NCBI GenBank assembly: GCA_038087875.1
Contig: CM075994.1
Span: forward strand, 2,234,001-2,298,000
Direction: 5' to 3'
Source: Malacoraja senta
Taxonomy: Eukaryota
Length of the DNA stretch: 64,000 bases
The notes beneath the pieces were generated by a model that made no database searches, was not told where the DNA came from, and saw only the letters and a program-made list of their open reading frames with translations. This document shows, one piece after another, positions 35,234 through 48,443 of the stretch (the first letter of the stretch is position 1; each line of letters starts with the position of its first letter). The position numbers were made by a program, and so were the translations under genes.

Positions 35234-37994
35234 ATATTGTGTCTACCTTCGATTTAAACCAGCATTTACAGTTCTTTCCTACACATATTTATTTAAGGTA
35301 CTGATGCATTAAATACCTAAAGAACTACAAATCTAATTATTAGCAAACTTCTTACATTCTCCAACAAGTTTGGTGGAGTCTGAAGAAGGGTCCCGACCCA
35401 AAGCGTCACCTATCCATGTTCATCAGGGACGCTGCCTGACCCACTGAGTTACTCTAATATTTTGCGCTTATCCTTGGTAAACCAGCATCTGCAGTTCCTT
35501 GGTTCTACAAGGCTGGTCAGAAATCTGCATTAGTCAAATACCTGCGCCTCTGTATTCTCAATTACAGAGCAATGTCTGCTGGAGTAGAGTGGAAAACAAT
35601 GAGCATTTATACAGTTAATGACAAAACCCTGCATAGAGGGATCTTGGGGTCCAAATCCATAGCTCCATGAAAGTAGTAGCATTAGTAAGAGTGGTAAAGA
35701 AGGTAAATGGTATGTGTGCTTTCATCAGTCAGGGCATTGAGTGTAATAGTATAACCCCCCATCTACCTCACAGGAGACCTTCAAACTCTCTTTCATCTGA
35801 CTTTACTGGGCCTTTATTTTAAACGTTATATCCGTTGTACACTGTGGACAACTTGATTGTCATCATGTCTAGTCTTTTCGCTGACTGGAGAGCACACAAC
35901 AAAAATCCTTTTCACTGTACCTCAGTACGCGCGACAATAATAAACTAAACTAAACAAAGGAAGTCATGTTGCAGCTTTATATGACTTTGCTTAGGCTGCG
36001 TTTGGAGGGTTGCCTCATTACAGAAAGGGTGTGGAGGGTTTGGAGAGGGTGCAGAAGAGGTTTGGCAGAACGCTGCCTGCATTAGAGGTCCTTCTAAAAA
36101 TGTGCCTATGGTGTTTAAGGGGCTGATGCATTTAATTCTTGAATAACTACAAATTATTAGCAGATGTCTTCAATTCTCCAACGTGGCTGGTGATTGGCAA
36201 AGCTGAATTAGTCAGTAAACCTGCACGTCTGTCTTCTCGATAAAGGAGCAACATCTCGTGGAGTAAAGTGGAAAAGGGCATGAAAATAGTACATCGGAAA
36301 ACTGAACATCAAATTAAAACCTCGGGGCCTGCTGTTGGTTTGGATTGCTAAGATTACAAATGAGGCAAGTTTCAGTATGTGTAAACGTGGACAGTCACAT
36401 GCACTGTTAAACATGTTCGTCAATCCACTATTTATCTCGAAAGCTCATGCCTGCTAAGATGACTAGTGACTAACTCATCAGTTAAATGAGTGGCTGAACT
36501 TTCACAAAGTGAGTAAGAATAGGGGGAAGGCCAGCAAAAGTTGACCAATCAAGCAGTTTCCTCTTATAATTCTTGTAACCATTCTATTTCCCATTAGTCG
36601 ATTTGGAGTTTACATATCTTGTTTGTTGAGACCTTTCATCTTCTCTTCTTCATATCTCTGGATCATTCGTTGATTTGTCATCATGGGTGTTGCAATGAAT
36701 AAACAGAAACCATGTACAGTGTTGTCTTTAACAAATCTCTCTGCCCTGTGCCCCGTGATTGTAATCATGTATATACACAAAAAACTGGAGTAACTCATCT
36801 TACAGCCCAGTGGGATGTATATTGATTTCTCTCACTTCAGGGAGCCCCGGCATTCCCTCTCTCTCTATCCCTCCCCCACCCAAGTCGCACTAGCTTCCCA
36901 TTTTCACCCTACAAACAGCTAACAATGGCCTGTTTCCTTTATCACCGTCTATATCACTTGTTTCCCTTTTCCCTAAATACTGAAGAAGGGTCTCGACCAG
37001 AAATGTCACCCATTTCTTCTCTCCAGGAATGCTGTCTGTCCTGCTGAGTTACTCCAGCACATTGTGTCTTATCTTCGGTTCAAACCAGCATCTGCAGTTC
37101 CTTCTTACACGTTGTAATCATGTATAGTCTTTCCACTGGCTGGATAGCACACAACAAAAAAGCTTTTCAATGTACCTCAGTACACATGACGATAATAAAA
37201 TAAAATAAACACCCAGACTCGCACCTATTTCTCAACTTCCACCTACATTCCTTCCTCTGGCTTCACAATATGTAACTCTTCTTGTCTTATCTCACACCTT
37301 TTTGTCTTTTCATGTCTGGCCTTTGTCCAACCATCTGCCTATAAAATTCCCCCTCATGAGTATCCACGTATCACTTGCTAGGCTTTGTCCTGCCCCTCCT
37401 CTCCTCAGCCCCCCCACCACAATCAATCTAAAGTAGGGACCCGACTTGAAATGTCATCTCAAGTCAAGTCAAGTCACATTTATTTATATAGCACATTTAA
37501 AAACAACTCTCGTTGGCCAAAGTGCTTGTTCTCCAGAGATGCTGCCTAATGCACTGAGTTACTCCAGCGCTTTGTGTCCTTTCTTCCCTGCACATTCAAT
37601 TCATTTCAAATAGAATCACCTGCAAGTTATGGAAAATGCAAAGGCATCAATAAATACATCTTCGACAACAAAGATTACATTAAAAAACTTTAGCTCTGCA
37701 ATACATCGTCGCATTTTATTCCTTGGTTAAATATTTGTAGGTCTCTGTGGAGTTTCACTAACAACAGAATTTGGAGTGGCTGTTTCTACTTTGGTCTTGG
37801 TGATGACACAATGTCAATTTAAGTGACTTTTGGACAGTTGCATAAATATGCAGGGAATGGGGCGGGGGGTGGATTTTGTCCAGGCAGAGAAGAGTTGGTC
37901 TTGGCATCATGCTTGGCACAGATATTGTGGTCCAAAGAGTATTCTTGTAGTGTACGGTTCTATGTTCTTTTATTTTAAATGTTTTAGTTAAACT

Positions 37995-39105
37995 ACAAGT
38001 AAGATAAGTTAGTAGGACTCTGGGGCGTGTTGTAGAGCAGAGGGATCTAGGAGTGCAGATGCATGGTTCCTTGAAGATAGAGTCACAGGTAGATAGGTTG
38101 GTCAAAAAGGCTTATGGCATATTGGCAATCAGTCAGACTATTGAATACAGAAGTTGGGAAGTCATATTGCAGTTTTACAAGATGTTGGTGAGGCCACATT
38201 TAGAGTATTGTGTTCAGTTCTGGGTACCACGTTATAGGAAAAATGTTGTTAAGCTGGAAAGGGTACCAAGAAGATTTATGAGGATGTTGGCAAGACTAAA
38301 CCATGAGCTATATGGAGGTTGAGTAGGCTGGGACTCTATTCCTTGGAGCACAGGAGGATAAGGGGTGATCTTATAGAGGTGGATAAAATCGCGAGAGGAA
38401 TAAATCGGATAGATGCCCAGACTCTCTTGCCCAGAGTAAGGGAATCAGAAGACATAGGTTTAAGTTGAAGGGGATTTAATGGGGATCTGAGGGGTACCTT
38501 TTTCGCACAAAGGGTGGTGGGTGTATGGAATGAGCTGCCAGAGGAGATAGTTGAGGCATAGATACAAAGACAATAGGTGCAGAAGTAGGCCATTCGGCCC
38601 TTCAAGCCAGCACCGGCCTTCAATGTGATCATGGCTGATCATCCACAATCAGTACCTCGTTCCTGCCTTCTCCCCATATCCCTTGATTCCGCTGGCCCAA
38701 GAGCTCTATCTAACTCTCTTTTGAATGCATCCAGTGAATCGGCCCCCATTGCCTTCTGAGGCAGAGAATTCCACAAATTCACAACTCTCTGTGTGAAAAC
38801 GTTTTTCCTCATCTCATTTCTACCCCTTATTCTTAAACTGTGGCCCCTGGTTCTGGACTCCTCCAACATTGGGAACAGGTTTCCTGCATCTAGCATGTCC
38901 AATCCCTTAATAATTTTATATGTTTCTATAAGGCAGCGACTATTCCAACGTTTAAGAAACAGTTGGACAGGTACATGGATAGGGCAGGTTTGGAGGGATA
39001 TGGGCCAAACGCAGGCAGGTGGGACTATAGTAGACGGGACGTATTAGTCGGTGTGGGCAAGTTGTGCCAAACGGCCCGTTTCCATGTAGTATGATTCTAT
39101 GACTC
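37995..39105. mobile_element. CR1-type LINE (+) with a nested CR1 3' end (-, ~38559-38929)
   Basis: ORF 38053-38322 (VRPHLEYCVQFW) on + and ORF 38639-38902 on -. The short repeat AGGCA occurs at both junctions. Confidence 0.8.
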
Positions 39106-40519
39106 TACATAAAATGAACCTAAACATTATCCCGTGAAAGGCAATGTAAAAACAAATATCCTCCTTTACAAAAATAATTAACCTCATGTTGTTGTAGGCG
39201 TCATTGTGAACATTTAATAACTAAGGTAATAAATTAAACTATCAGAGGAAAAATAAAGGAATTTTCTGCACACCGCTGAAATTCAGTTAAGTTGCATTTA
39301 AGAGACTTTGGACAGGCACATGGATATGCAGAGGATGGGGATATGCATTATGTGTAGGCAGATAATAGTTGGTCTTTGCATAATGTTCGCATAGACATTG
39401 TGGGCCAAAGGGCCTGTTCTTGTGCTGTACTATTCAATGTTCTCTATGTTCTGTGTTCAAGTGGTGACTAGGAGAAAACTAGTCTAAACACCAAAGTCCT
39501 TAGTGGAACCAAAGACAGATCATAGATGTACATCGCTGCTGAAGTTTGTGTTGTGTAGTGTTCTAGAGCCTTGCGATTGCTGGGAAGAAGCTATTCTTGA
39601 ACTTGGTGATCAATAACATTGATAGAACATTGAACCTAAAGAAAGGCTAATACTAATTATCCTATATTTCATAGTCACAGAGCTGTACACTGGAAACGGG
39701 CCCTTTGGCCCATCATCCATGCCAACCAAAGTGCCCTATCAGAGCTAGACCATTTACCTACGTTTGACCCATATCCCTCTGAATCTTTCCTGCCTGTAGC
39801 TGTCTAGATGTCTTATAACAGAGGCAATAGAGTAGAATTTCCTGTACCTTTATGAATAAAGTATATATTAGAAATTAAAGAAGTGTTTCTGTGGTCGTGA
39901 AATAACTTGAGGTGAAAGCTGTTCCGCAAATGCATGTTCTTCCTTTTTAACAAGGAATAGATGGACGCTGATCATTACAGAGTGGCTGAGTTTCTTTGGA
40001 CTGTTAAGAGCGTTTCATTCCCATATGCACTAGGATCAGTGCAATACAATTCTTGCCGGAGCTTTAATGGCACATTAAATGCAACATATATATATGAGGT
40101 AAACCGACCATAATAGTGCAACTTTATACAGTAGTTCTGTGCTGGGGGAATGTTGTGGTTAGTGTTGTACCGTGTTCAACAGTTTGATAGTTGTTGGAAA
40201 GGAGCTGTTGTTGAACCTGCAGGTAACAATTCTCAGGCTCCTGTACCACCTTCCTGGTGGCAGCAGTGAGGTGAGAGCGTATACAGGGTGCTGTGGGACT
40301 TAGATAAGATTAGCTGCCTTCTTGAGATCCTGTAGATGCCTTGGATGGAGGGGAGGTCAGTACCCATGATGGACCAGGCAATTTCCATCTGTCTCTGCAG
40401 CCTCCTTTGTTCTTGGGCATTTGAGTTTCCGAACCAGACCATGATGAAATAGTCAGTATGTTGGCATATAGCTGGCAGTGTTACCACCTGTACTGCTCAG
40501 ATAACTCTGTAAGATAGGG

Positions 40520-41095
40520 TCAGACAGCGTGGAAACTGGCCCTCCGGTCCAAATTGCCCACACCGACCAACATGTCCCATCTACACTCGTCCCACCTGCC
40601 TGCTTTTGGCCCATTTCCCTCTAGACCTGTCCTATCCATGTACCTGTCGAAATGTTTCTTAAATGTTGTGATAGTACCTGCCTCAACTACCTCATCTGGC
40701 AGCTTGTTCTATACACCCACCACCCTTTGTGTTAAAAAAAGTTACCCCTCAAGCTCCTAATAAATTATTCCCCCCTCACCTTAAACCTATGTTGTCTGGT
40801 TCTTAATTCTCCTATTCTGAGCAAAAGACTCTGTGCATTTACCCGATCTATTCCCCTCATGGTTTTATACACCGCTATAAGATCATCCCACATCCTCCTA
40901 CGCCTCTATGTGATCACCCCTCAACCTTCTGTGCTCCAAGAAATATCCTAGTCTGCTCAACTTCTCCCAATAGCTCAGGCCCTTGAGTCCTGTCAACATC
41001 CTCATAAACAGCTTGACTGTACCATTTACAGCTTGACATCTTTCCTATAACATGGTGACCAAAACGGAGCATAATACTCTAAATGTGGCCTCTAC
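40520..41095 (-). mobile_element. CR1-type LINE 3' fragment (HER1-like tail shared with SINEs)
   Basis: Reverse complement of the gaaccagaggacataggtttaagg...ggccgaagggcctgtttcc tail family. Similar copies lie at 43280-43875(-) and 54920-55270(+). Confidence 0.75.
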
Positions 41096-41129
41096 TATGG
41101 AACATGGAGGATGAGTAGACCTTGCATCA

Positions 41130-41427
41130 AATTTAGAATTTAGGGATACAGCGTGGAATCAGGCCCTTTGGTTCACTGAGTCCGCACCGACCAGCGATCA
41201 CTGTACACTAGCACTATCCTACACTCTAGGGACAATTTACAATTTTACCGAAGCCAATTAACCTACAAACCTGTACGTCTTTGGAGTGTGGAAGGAAACT
41301 AGAGCACCGGGAGAAAACCCACGCGGTCACGGGGACAATGTGCAAATTCCGTATAGACAGCACCCGTAGTCAGGATCGAACCCAGGTCTCTGGCGCAGTA
41401 AGGCAGCAACTCTACTGTTGAGCCACC
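41130..41427 (-). mobile_element. HE1/V-SINE-type SINE
   Basis: Near full-length copy of the family at 4395-4700. Confidence 0.87.
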
Positions 41428-42008
41428 TTCATTCCCAAGTGCAGAATTGAAAAGTAAATAGTTTACAGTTCAGATAAAAGCGGCAAATCAAATCTTTCGC
41501 GTAACATGAAGGGTCCTCTCTGTGTAGCCATATAATGTGACATTTAAAATCCCTCTTTGTTCTCAGCGGTCCCCCCCAGGCTGCAGCGGTCCCCCCCAGG
41601 CTGCAGCGGTCACTCCCAGGCTGCAGCGGTCCCTCGACTGACCGTCGGGACTCATGCGGGCCCATTTACATTTTTTTCCTAATTTAAATTCAGATTATAA
41701 TAATAATCTGATTATATGTAGAAAACTAAACTGGGGATCTCTGGGAATTACCAACTCATCATAAGACAGGCATGAGTTCAATGGGGAAGGAACTGTTGCA
41801 GCAAACCGTCTGTCTATATCAGAAATCGGAAGACTCGTGGCTGAATGTTAAATCCAAGTATATGACGGAGCAGAAATTTTAGTTGAGGGTAATTTCATAG
41901 ATGGGAAACTGAAAGTTAACAGTGATAATAATTGAAATATCACTTCCCAGAAATCCACTGAGTGAATGTAACCGTTAGTTATGTAAAAGTTATTCAAGTC
42001 AGGGCAAA

Positions 42009-42044
42009 AGGTCTGAAGAAAGGTCCCGACCCGAAATGTCACCT
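42009..42044 (+). ncRNA. Minimal hammerhead ribozyme motif in a short Penelope-derived element
   Basis: AGGT-CTGAAGA-A-AGGTC CC GACCC-GAAA-TG-TC-ACCT. Helix I is AGGT/ACCT with a GUC cleavage triplet. There is one mismatch at the base of helix II. Confidence 0.6.
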
Positions 42045-42744
42045 ATCTAAATTCTTCAGAGATGCTACCTGACCCGCTAGTTACTCCAGCACTTTGTGCC
42101 TTTTTGTAAATCAGATTCTGCGGATCCTTGTGTTTCCAGCTAATTTTGTGTTTGATTAATTGATACTTTAGTCACATGTATTTGGCACAGCGAAATTCGC
42201 TATTTTACGCAAATATGCAGAGTCGTCACGTAAAGGATGGCGACTAAGTTACAAGAGTATTACTTATAGCCCCGATTGTCCCTCTTCCTTCTCTCCATCA
42301 CGAGTCCCTTTTTGTACTCAGTGGCTCCTCCTCCCTCCCCCCCCCTCCCCCCCTCCCCCCCCCACGCCGGATCCCCCTTTGTTTTCAGCAGCTCTCCCAC
42401 GCCGGGTCCCTTGTTGCTGGCAGCGTGTCCTCGACCGACTGCCGGGACTCCTAATGCCCCCTAATGTGTAGGGAGTGGATGTGAAAGTGGGATAACAGAA
42501 CTGGTGTGAATGTGGGCCCGTCCTCGGCACTCACACTCCGACCCTCTTCCCTCTCCGGCCCCCCTCGCTCTCCGGCCCTCCACTCATCTCCTCCCTCCTC
42601 TCTGACTGCCCTCCTCGCTTTCCGGCCCTCCACTCACCGACGCTCAGCCGGCCCCAGTCCTGGTGGGCTCCATGCCAGCGGCCTGCCCCGGTACCGTACG
42701 GGTGCACATCGCTCGCTGGGAGCTGCCTTGATTGATTCAAAGAT

Positions 42745-43050
42745 AAGGCATGGAAACAGGCTCGTCGGTCCACCGAGTGCACGCCAACTATCGATCACCC
42801 ACTCACACCAGTTCTGTTATCCCACTTTCGCATCCATTCCCTACACATTATGGGTCAATTTGCAGAGACAAATTAACATACATACACTCACATCTTTGGG
42901 ATGTGGGAGGAAACCGGAGCACCCGGAGGAATCCCATGTGGTCACAGGAAGAACGTGCGAACTCGGTACAGACAGCAGCTGAGATTAGGATCGAACCCAG
43001 GTCTCTGGCACAGTGAGGCAGCAACTCTGTCAGCTGTTCCAAAGTGCCGC
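42745..43050 (-). mobile_element. HE1/V-SINE-type SINE
   Basis: V-domain and tRNA-like head (aggatcgaaccc on +). Confidence 0.8.
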
Positions 43051-45057
43051 CTTTGATTCCAATAGTAGTTAAAAAACAAATGAAAACATTCACAATCTAT
43101 ACTGAACTAAATTCATGCTGCACAGTGATTTTAAAGCGATAATCACATTTTGAGGCTGAGATGAAAACTTATCTGGGAACATGTTATCTGACTATTACTA
43201 AATTTTTCATGTGTTACTTTTACCAATTGCAAATTCTGGCGATGAGCTTGATGCAAATTGAGAAAATCTGTGCCTTGTAGTAGAGTCATACAGTGTGGAA
43301 ACAGGCCCTTCGGCCCAACGCCCACACAGACCAACATGCCCCATCTACACTAGTCCCACCTACCCACCTTTGGCCCATAACCCTCTTAACCTGTCCTATC
43401 CATGTACATGACTAAATGTTTCAAGCATTGCAATAGTACCTGCCTCAACTACCTCCTTTGGCAGCTCATTCCATACACCCACCACCCCTTTAAAAAAAAA
43501 AATAACCCCTAAGATTCCTATTATATCTTTCCCCCTTCACCTTAAACCTATGTCCTCTGGTTCTCGATTCCCCAATTCTGGGCAAGAGACTCTATGCATC
43601 TACCCGATCTATTCCTCATGATCTTGTACACCTCTATAAGATCAACCCTCATCCTCCTGCGCTCCAAGGAATAGAGTCCCAGCCTGCTCAACCTCTCCCT
43701 GTAGCTCAGTCCCTCGAGTCCTGTCAACAGTCTCGTAAATCTTCTCTGCACCCTTTCCAACTTGACAACATTTTTCCTATAACATGGTGCTTAAAACTGA
43801 ACATAATATTCCAAATGCGGCCTCACCATCATCTTACATAACGGCAACATGACCTCCCAACTTCGATACTCGGAAGGGGGGAAAGATACACGGGGGAAGG
43901 GCAGAAAATGGAAATAATTGCTTTGCTCGTACACCCCTCTCTCCCCCCCTCTCCCCTCCCCCTCCCCCTCCCCCTTCCCCTCCTCCTCTCTCTCTCTCGT
44001 CACTCTACTATGCTGCTAACTAACAATGACGTCTGTCAGTCACACTCATACCTCCAACGTTCAGATACCTCTGCTACACACACTGTTGCAAGCTTCACAC
44101 CCACACTGCGTGCACACTGCCAGCAACACGTCACTCAACACACAAGCCGATGGAGGCAGCACAAACACCTCAGCCCACCCCCACTGCGGGGGTGCTGGGA
44201 CCGTCCATTGCTGCTGAGGCTACGCCTGGTCCAACAGTGAGGATGAAACCATTCATGGCATTATCAGGTATCTGATCTTCCTCCTCATATCACTCAGCTC
44301 CTCCTCCCACGCATGTTTCTGGTGTATGAGCTGCAGATGGTGTAAAGCACGCACCTCCTACTTTCCCCTCCAAGTCTCGACCACTCCATCTGCCTTTCAT
44401 AGTCATACAGCGAGGAAACAGGCTCTTCAGCACAGCTTGCCCACGTCGACCAACATGCCCATCTACACTAGTCCCACCTGCCTGAGCTTGGCTTATCCCT
44501 TTAAACCTGTCCAGCCCATGTACCTGTCCAAATGTCTCTTAAAAGTTATGATAGTACTTGCCTCAACTTCCTCCTTCAGCAGCTTGTTCCATATACCCAG
44601 CACCCTTTGTGTAAAAATAAAAGTTACCCTTCAGGTTCCTATTAAATCTTTCCACCCTCACCTTAAACTTATGTTGTCTAGCTATGTCAGATTAGGTTGC
44701 TCCAAGTGTGCTCTCTCATTCCTGCTGTATTCTGACATCTGAGGCATCTTTGTTGCAGCAATAGGGCATTGCTGTGGCTTTTAAGTCAACACAAACTCCA
44801 AGAATGCTACTCCCTGTAGAATCTCATTACCTCTTAAAGTCTGCATACACATAGGTAAAAGATCAGCAACTTCCTTGGAAGGGTCAAACTATCCATTTAG
44901 TTTGGGGCAAAGATGCTTTCAGTGGCTTAACACTTGACTCTCCTTGTATGCCTTGCAAATGGCGTTAGCTCCATCACTCAGGTCCAATTTGGCAGGGCTG
45001 TCCTAAAACCAGATGTTGTCAACATCTGGCAGTTGACATAATTCACTACATCTGTCG

Positions 45058-45191
45058 GGGTGGGAGATTGCAACCTTCAAGTGGTCCACCCTGTTTCGAC
45101 TAATGCAATCAACCTGACGTGCACAAACAAATAGATCAAATAGAATAGGTTGACACAACTTTAGTCTGTGCATGCCATACGCAAGAAGAAG
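45058..45191 (+). mobile_element. 134-bp retroposon insertion with (AAG)n tail
   Basis: Perfect 13-bp TSD ACTACATCTGTCG at 45045-45057 and 45192-45204. The insert ends ...gccatacgcAAGAAGAAG. Confidence 0.75.
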
Positions 45192-46714
45192 ACTACATCT
45201 GTCGAGCTGCTACCTCACTCTCTTTCTGCAGGATGGTCATAGGCACGGAAGCAGGCCTTTTGGCCAATATGCCCATGCAGACCAAGATGTCCCATATAAA
45301 CACTAATGCCACCTACCATATCCCTCTAAACCTCTCTATCCATGTATCTGTCCACATGTCTTTTAAATGTTGTTACCTGCCTCACATACCTCCTCCTTTG
45401 GCAGCTCGTTCCAACTGCATTTCGGACATTGGCCTTTGTCTTTGGAACTAATAATTACAATGCTGAGAACTATACTATACTCACCAACTAGAAAGTGGTT
45501 CCGACATCCCATCTACCTCGTTGGAGACCTCGGACTATCTTTAATCGGACTTTACTGAACTTTATCGTGCACTAAGTGCGAGAGTACCCATGCACCTTAT
45601 CCCCCCTCCCCCCCTTTTGTTTTGTTTTTTTGTTTTTTGAACTAATTACATGTCTGCACTGAGTACGAGCTGCTTTTAATCTCATTGTACACGTGTATAG
45701 TGACAATAAAATGGCATTCTAATTCTAAACATTATTTCCTTTATTCTGTATCTGTACTCTGTGGACAACTTGATTGTAATCATGTATGGTATTTTCGCTG
45801 ACTGGATAGCACACAACAAAAAGCTTTTCACTGTACCTCGGTACAGGTGACAATAGTAAATGAAACCATATGCCCACCACCATCTGTATGAAAAAGTTGC
45901 CCCTCGGGTTCCTATTAATTTTTTCCCCCACATCTTAAAACTCTGTCCTCTGGTTCTCGAATCCCCGACTCTATTCATTCACCCTATCTATTCCCCTCAT
46001 GATCTTTTACACTTCTTAAGATCACCTCTCATCTACCTGCTCTCCAAAGAATGTAGAATTAGGCCCTGTAAGCCTACTTCTTTTAACCATCTGTACTACT
46101 AAACCTCTATGTCTGGTGATGTCATTGATTAAACACCCCACGGCACTTAATCATGGTGAATATTTAGCGCCCTTCCTCATTTCGTGCCCAGCTGCACAAT
46201 AACATGGCACATGTACCACGCCCATGCTGGCTGCTTACTGGTTTCCATGACACCCAAACAACCAGCAACCCATGTGTGGCTTAATTTGGCGGAGAGAGGA
46301 GCCCTCCTTGTCACAATGTATAGTGGAAAGCTTTGCTTGCGTGCTATCCAATCAAAAATACAATCAAGTCAAACTCCAGTACAATGGATAGAGCAAAGAG
46401 GAAGATACAGAGTGCAGAATATAGTTTAGTTTATTATTGTCACGTGTACCAAGGTACAGTGCAAAGTTTTTTTGTTCCGTGCTACCCAGTCAGCAGAAAT
46501 ACTATACATGATTACAATCAAGCCGTCAACAGTGTACATACAGATAGAGGATAAAGGATATAATGCTTAGTGCAAGGTAAAGTCCGATTAACGATTGTTC
46601 AAAGGTTTCCAAAGATGGGTGGTAAGGACTGCTCTCTAATTAGTGAGTACAGTATAGTTCTCTGCATTGTAGCGCACCAGTTCCATAGACACAGTCCAAT
46701 TTGCGCAATGAGGT

Positions 46715-47372
46715 AGAAGTCAAGAGAGTTTTTATTCTCATGTGTCCCAGATAGGACAATGACATTCTTGTTTGCTGCAGAACAACAGAATATGTAAACA
46801 TAATACGGAACAGGAGATAAAAGTTCAGTGTGTCTATATACCATAGACCATATATATATACACAATAAATAAACAGATAAAGTGCAATAGGCTGTTATTG
46901 TTCGGAGTTTGTTTGATGGCGAGTTTAACAGCCTGATGGCTGTGGGGAAGAAGCTGTTCCTGAACCTGGATGTTCCAGATTTCAAGCTTCTGTACCTTCT
47001 TCCCGATGGTAATGGAGAGATGAGTGTGTGGCCAGGATGGTGTGGGTCTTTGATGATGTTGGCAGCCTTTTTGAGGCAGCAACTGCGATAGATCCCTTCG
47101 ATGGTGGGGAGGTCAGAGCCAATGATGGACTGGGCAGTGGTCACAACTTTCTGCAATCTTTTCCGCTCCTGGACATTCAAGTTACCGAACCAAGCCACGA
47201 TGCAACCGGTCAGTGTGCTCTCTACTGTGCACCTGTAGAAGTTCGAGAGAGTCCTCCTTGACATACCGACTCTCTGTAATCTTCTTAGGAAGTAGAGGCG
47301 CTGATGTGCCTTCTTTATGATTGCATCAGTGTGCTGGGACCAGGAAAGATCTTCGGAAATATGCACGCCCAG
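46715..47372 (-). mobile_element. Rex1/Babar-like LINE 3' fragment
   Basis: ORF 46599-47366(-) VHISEDLSWSQHTDAIIKKAHQRLYFLRRL...LPSGRRYRSL, highly similar to 5510-6672. Confidence 0.88.
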
Positions 47373-47929
47373 GTGAATTGGACAGTACCGTAGCTTATGG
47401 AAGGATTATTCAGAGGCCTGATAAAGAGGGGAAGAATCTGATGGTGCATGGTTTCAACCTCGGGGAATATCCCATGGCTCTTTATTGTGTAGATGACTGA
47501 GTTATTAGGTCCCAGCCTAGAGTATTTGTGGTCATTTTTCACAAATGACCGAAATGGCAACTGATTTTCACAGCTTTCCTTAATAGAGTTTGGACTTGCA
47601 AATAACAAGGTTATGACACCCGTGTTAAAACTACAGCCGTGTTATTCTATTAACTATAACTTTTTAATGCAACGGGGCCAGGACATTTCTGGGAACTACT
47701 CCCATGTTTTTGCAAGGACTCCTCTCGAAGTCACTAGAGTGGGACAGCAGCAGCCTTGGAGAAACTCCCAGCCACCGTGGCAGTGAATCGACAGGCAGTA
47801 CAAAGTATCAATGTAGTTTCTCAGGGGTATTTTTTTCATCTTTGCTGGTTAATAACTGGCTTAAATATACAGTGCCATTACATCTCACTTTTTCCAGTCA
47901 TCGTGGGAGAGAATGTCACAGGGTGCTGG

Positions 47930-48168
47930 CCTTATTTGGAAAGAGGAAGTTCTTTTCTCGCCAAAACTGTGCAGAAAATGCCGTGATGCAATTTCCGTTC
48001 CCTGAGTGTTTCCACCTGCCTACAGCCTCTTTATATAGTGTGTGTGGAGTAGATGTGCTGATAAAATAGCTCTGCTCATCGGAGTTGTATATGTGTGGTT
48101 GGTAATGGCGCTCATTTTACATGCAATTCACCTGGAGTATTGATACTGAGGCACAGTAACCTTCACAG
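47930..48168 (+). promoter_or_regulatory. Putative TAGAP promoter and non-coding first exon
   Basis: Unique (non-repeat) sequence with an ETS/PU.1-type AAAGAGGAAGT (47940-47950), TATATAG (48032-48038), GATAA (~48060), a RUNX-type TGTGGTT (~48094) and a strong donor CAG|GTAAGC after 48168. Confidence 0.5.
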
Positions 48169-48261
48169 GTAAGCACCTTTACATTCATTAAGTCCACAGT
48201 CATAGAATTATCATTTGATTAATATTGGAGTTTGGGGTATTAACTACAAGGAGAGTAATGA

Positions 48262-48443
48262 AAAGGAACTGCAGATGCTGGTTTATACCAAAGACAGACA
48301 CAAATCGCTGGAGTAGCTCTGCAGATCAGGCAGCATCTCTGGAGAACATGGATAGGTGACGTTTCAGATCGGGGCCCTTCTTCAGACAAATAGTCTGAAG
48401 AAGAGTCCCAACCCAAAACGTCACCTATCCACGTTCTCCAGAG
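48262..48443. mobile_element. Fold-back Penelope-derived short element (hammerhead-like motif on each strand)
   Basis: tctctggagaacatggataggtgacgtttc..cccttcttcagac AAATA gtctgaagaagag..aaaacgtcacctatccacgttctccagaga. The imperfect flanking repeat is AACTACAAGGAGAG (48242-48255) / AACTATAAGAAGAG (48444-48457). Confidence 0.7.

Noticed and set aside
44020..45010. Possible decayed Harbinger transposase on the minus strand
   Set aside because: Only a vague resemblance. I could not read a convincing motif without a profile search.
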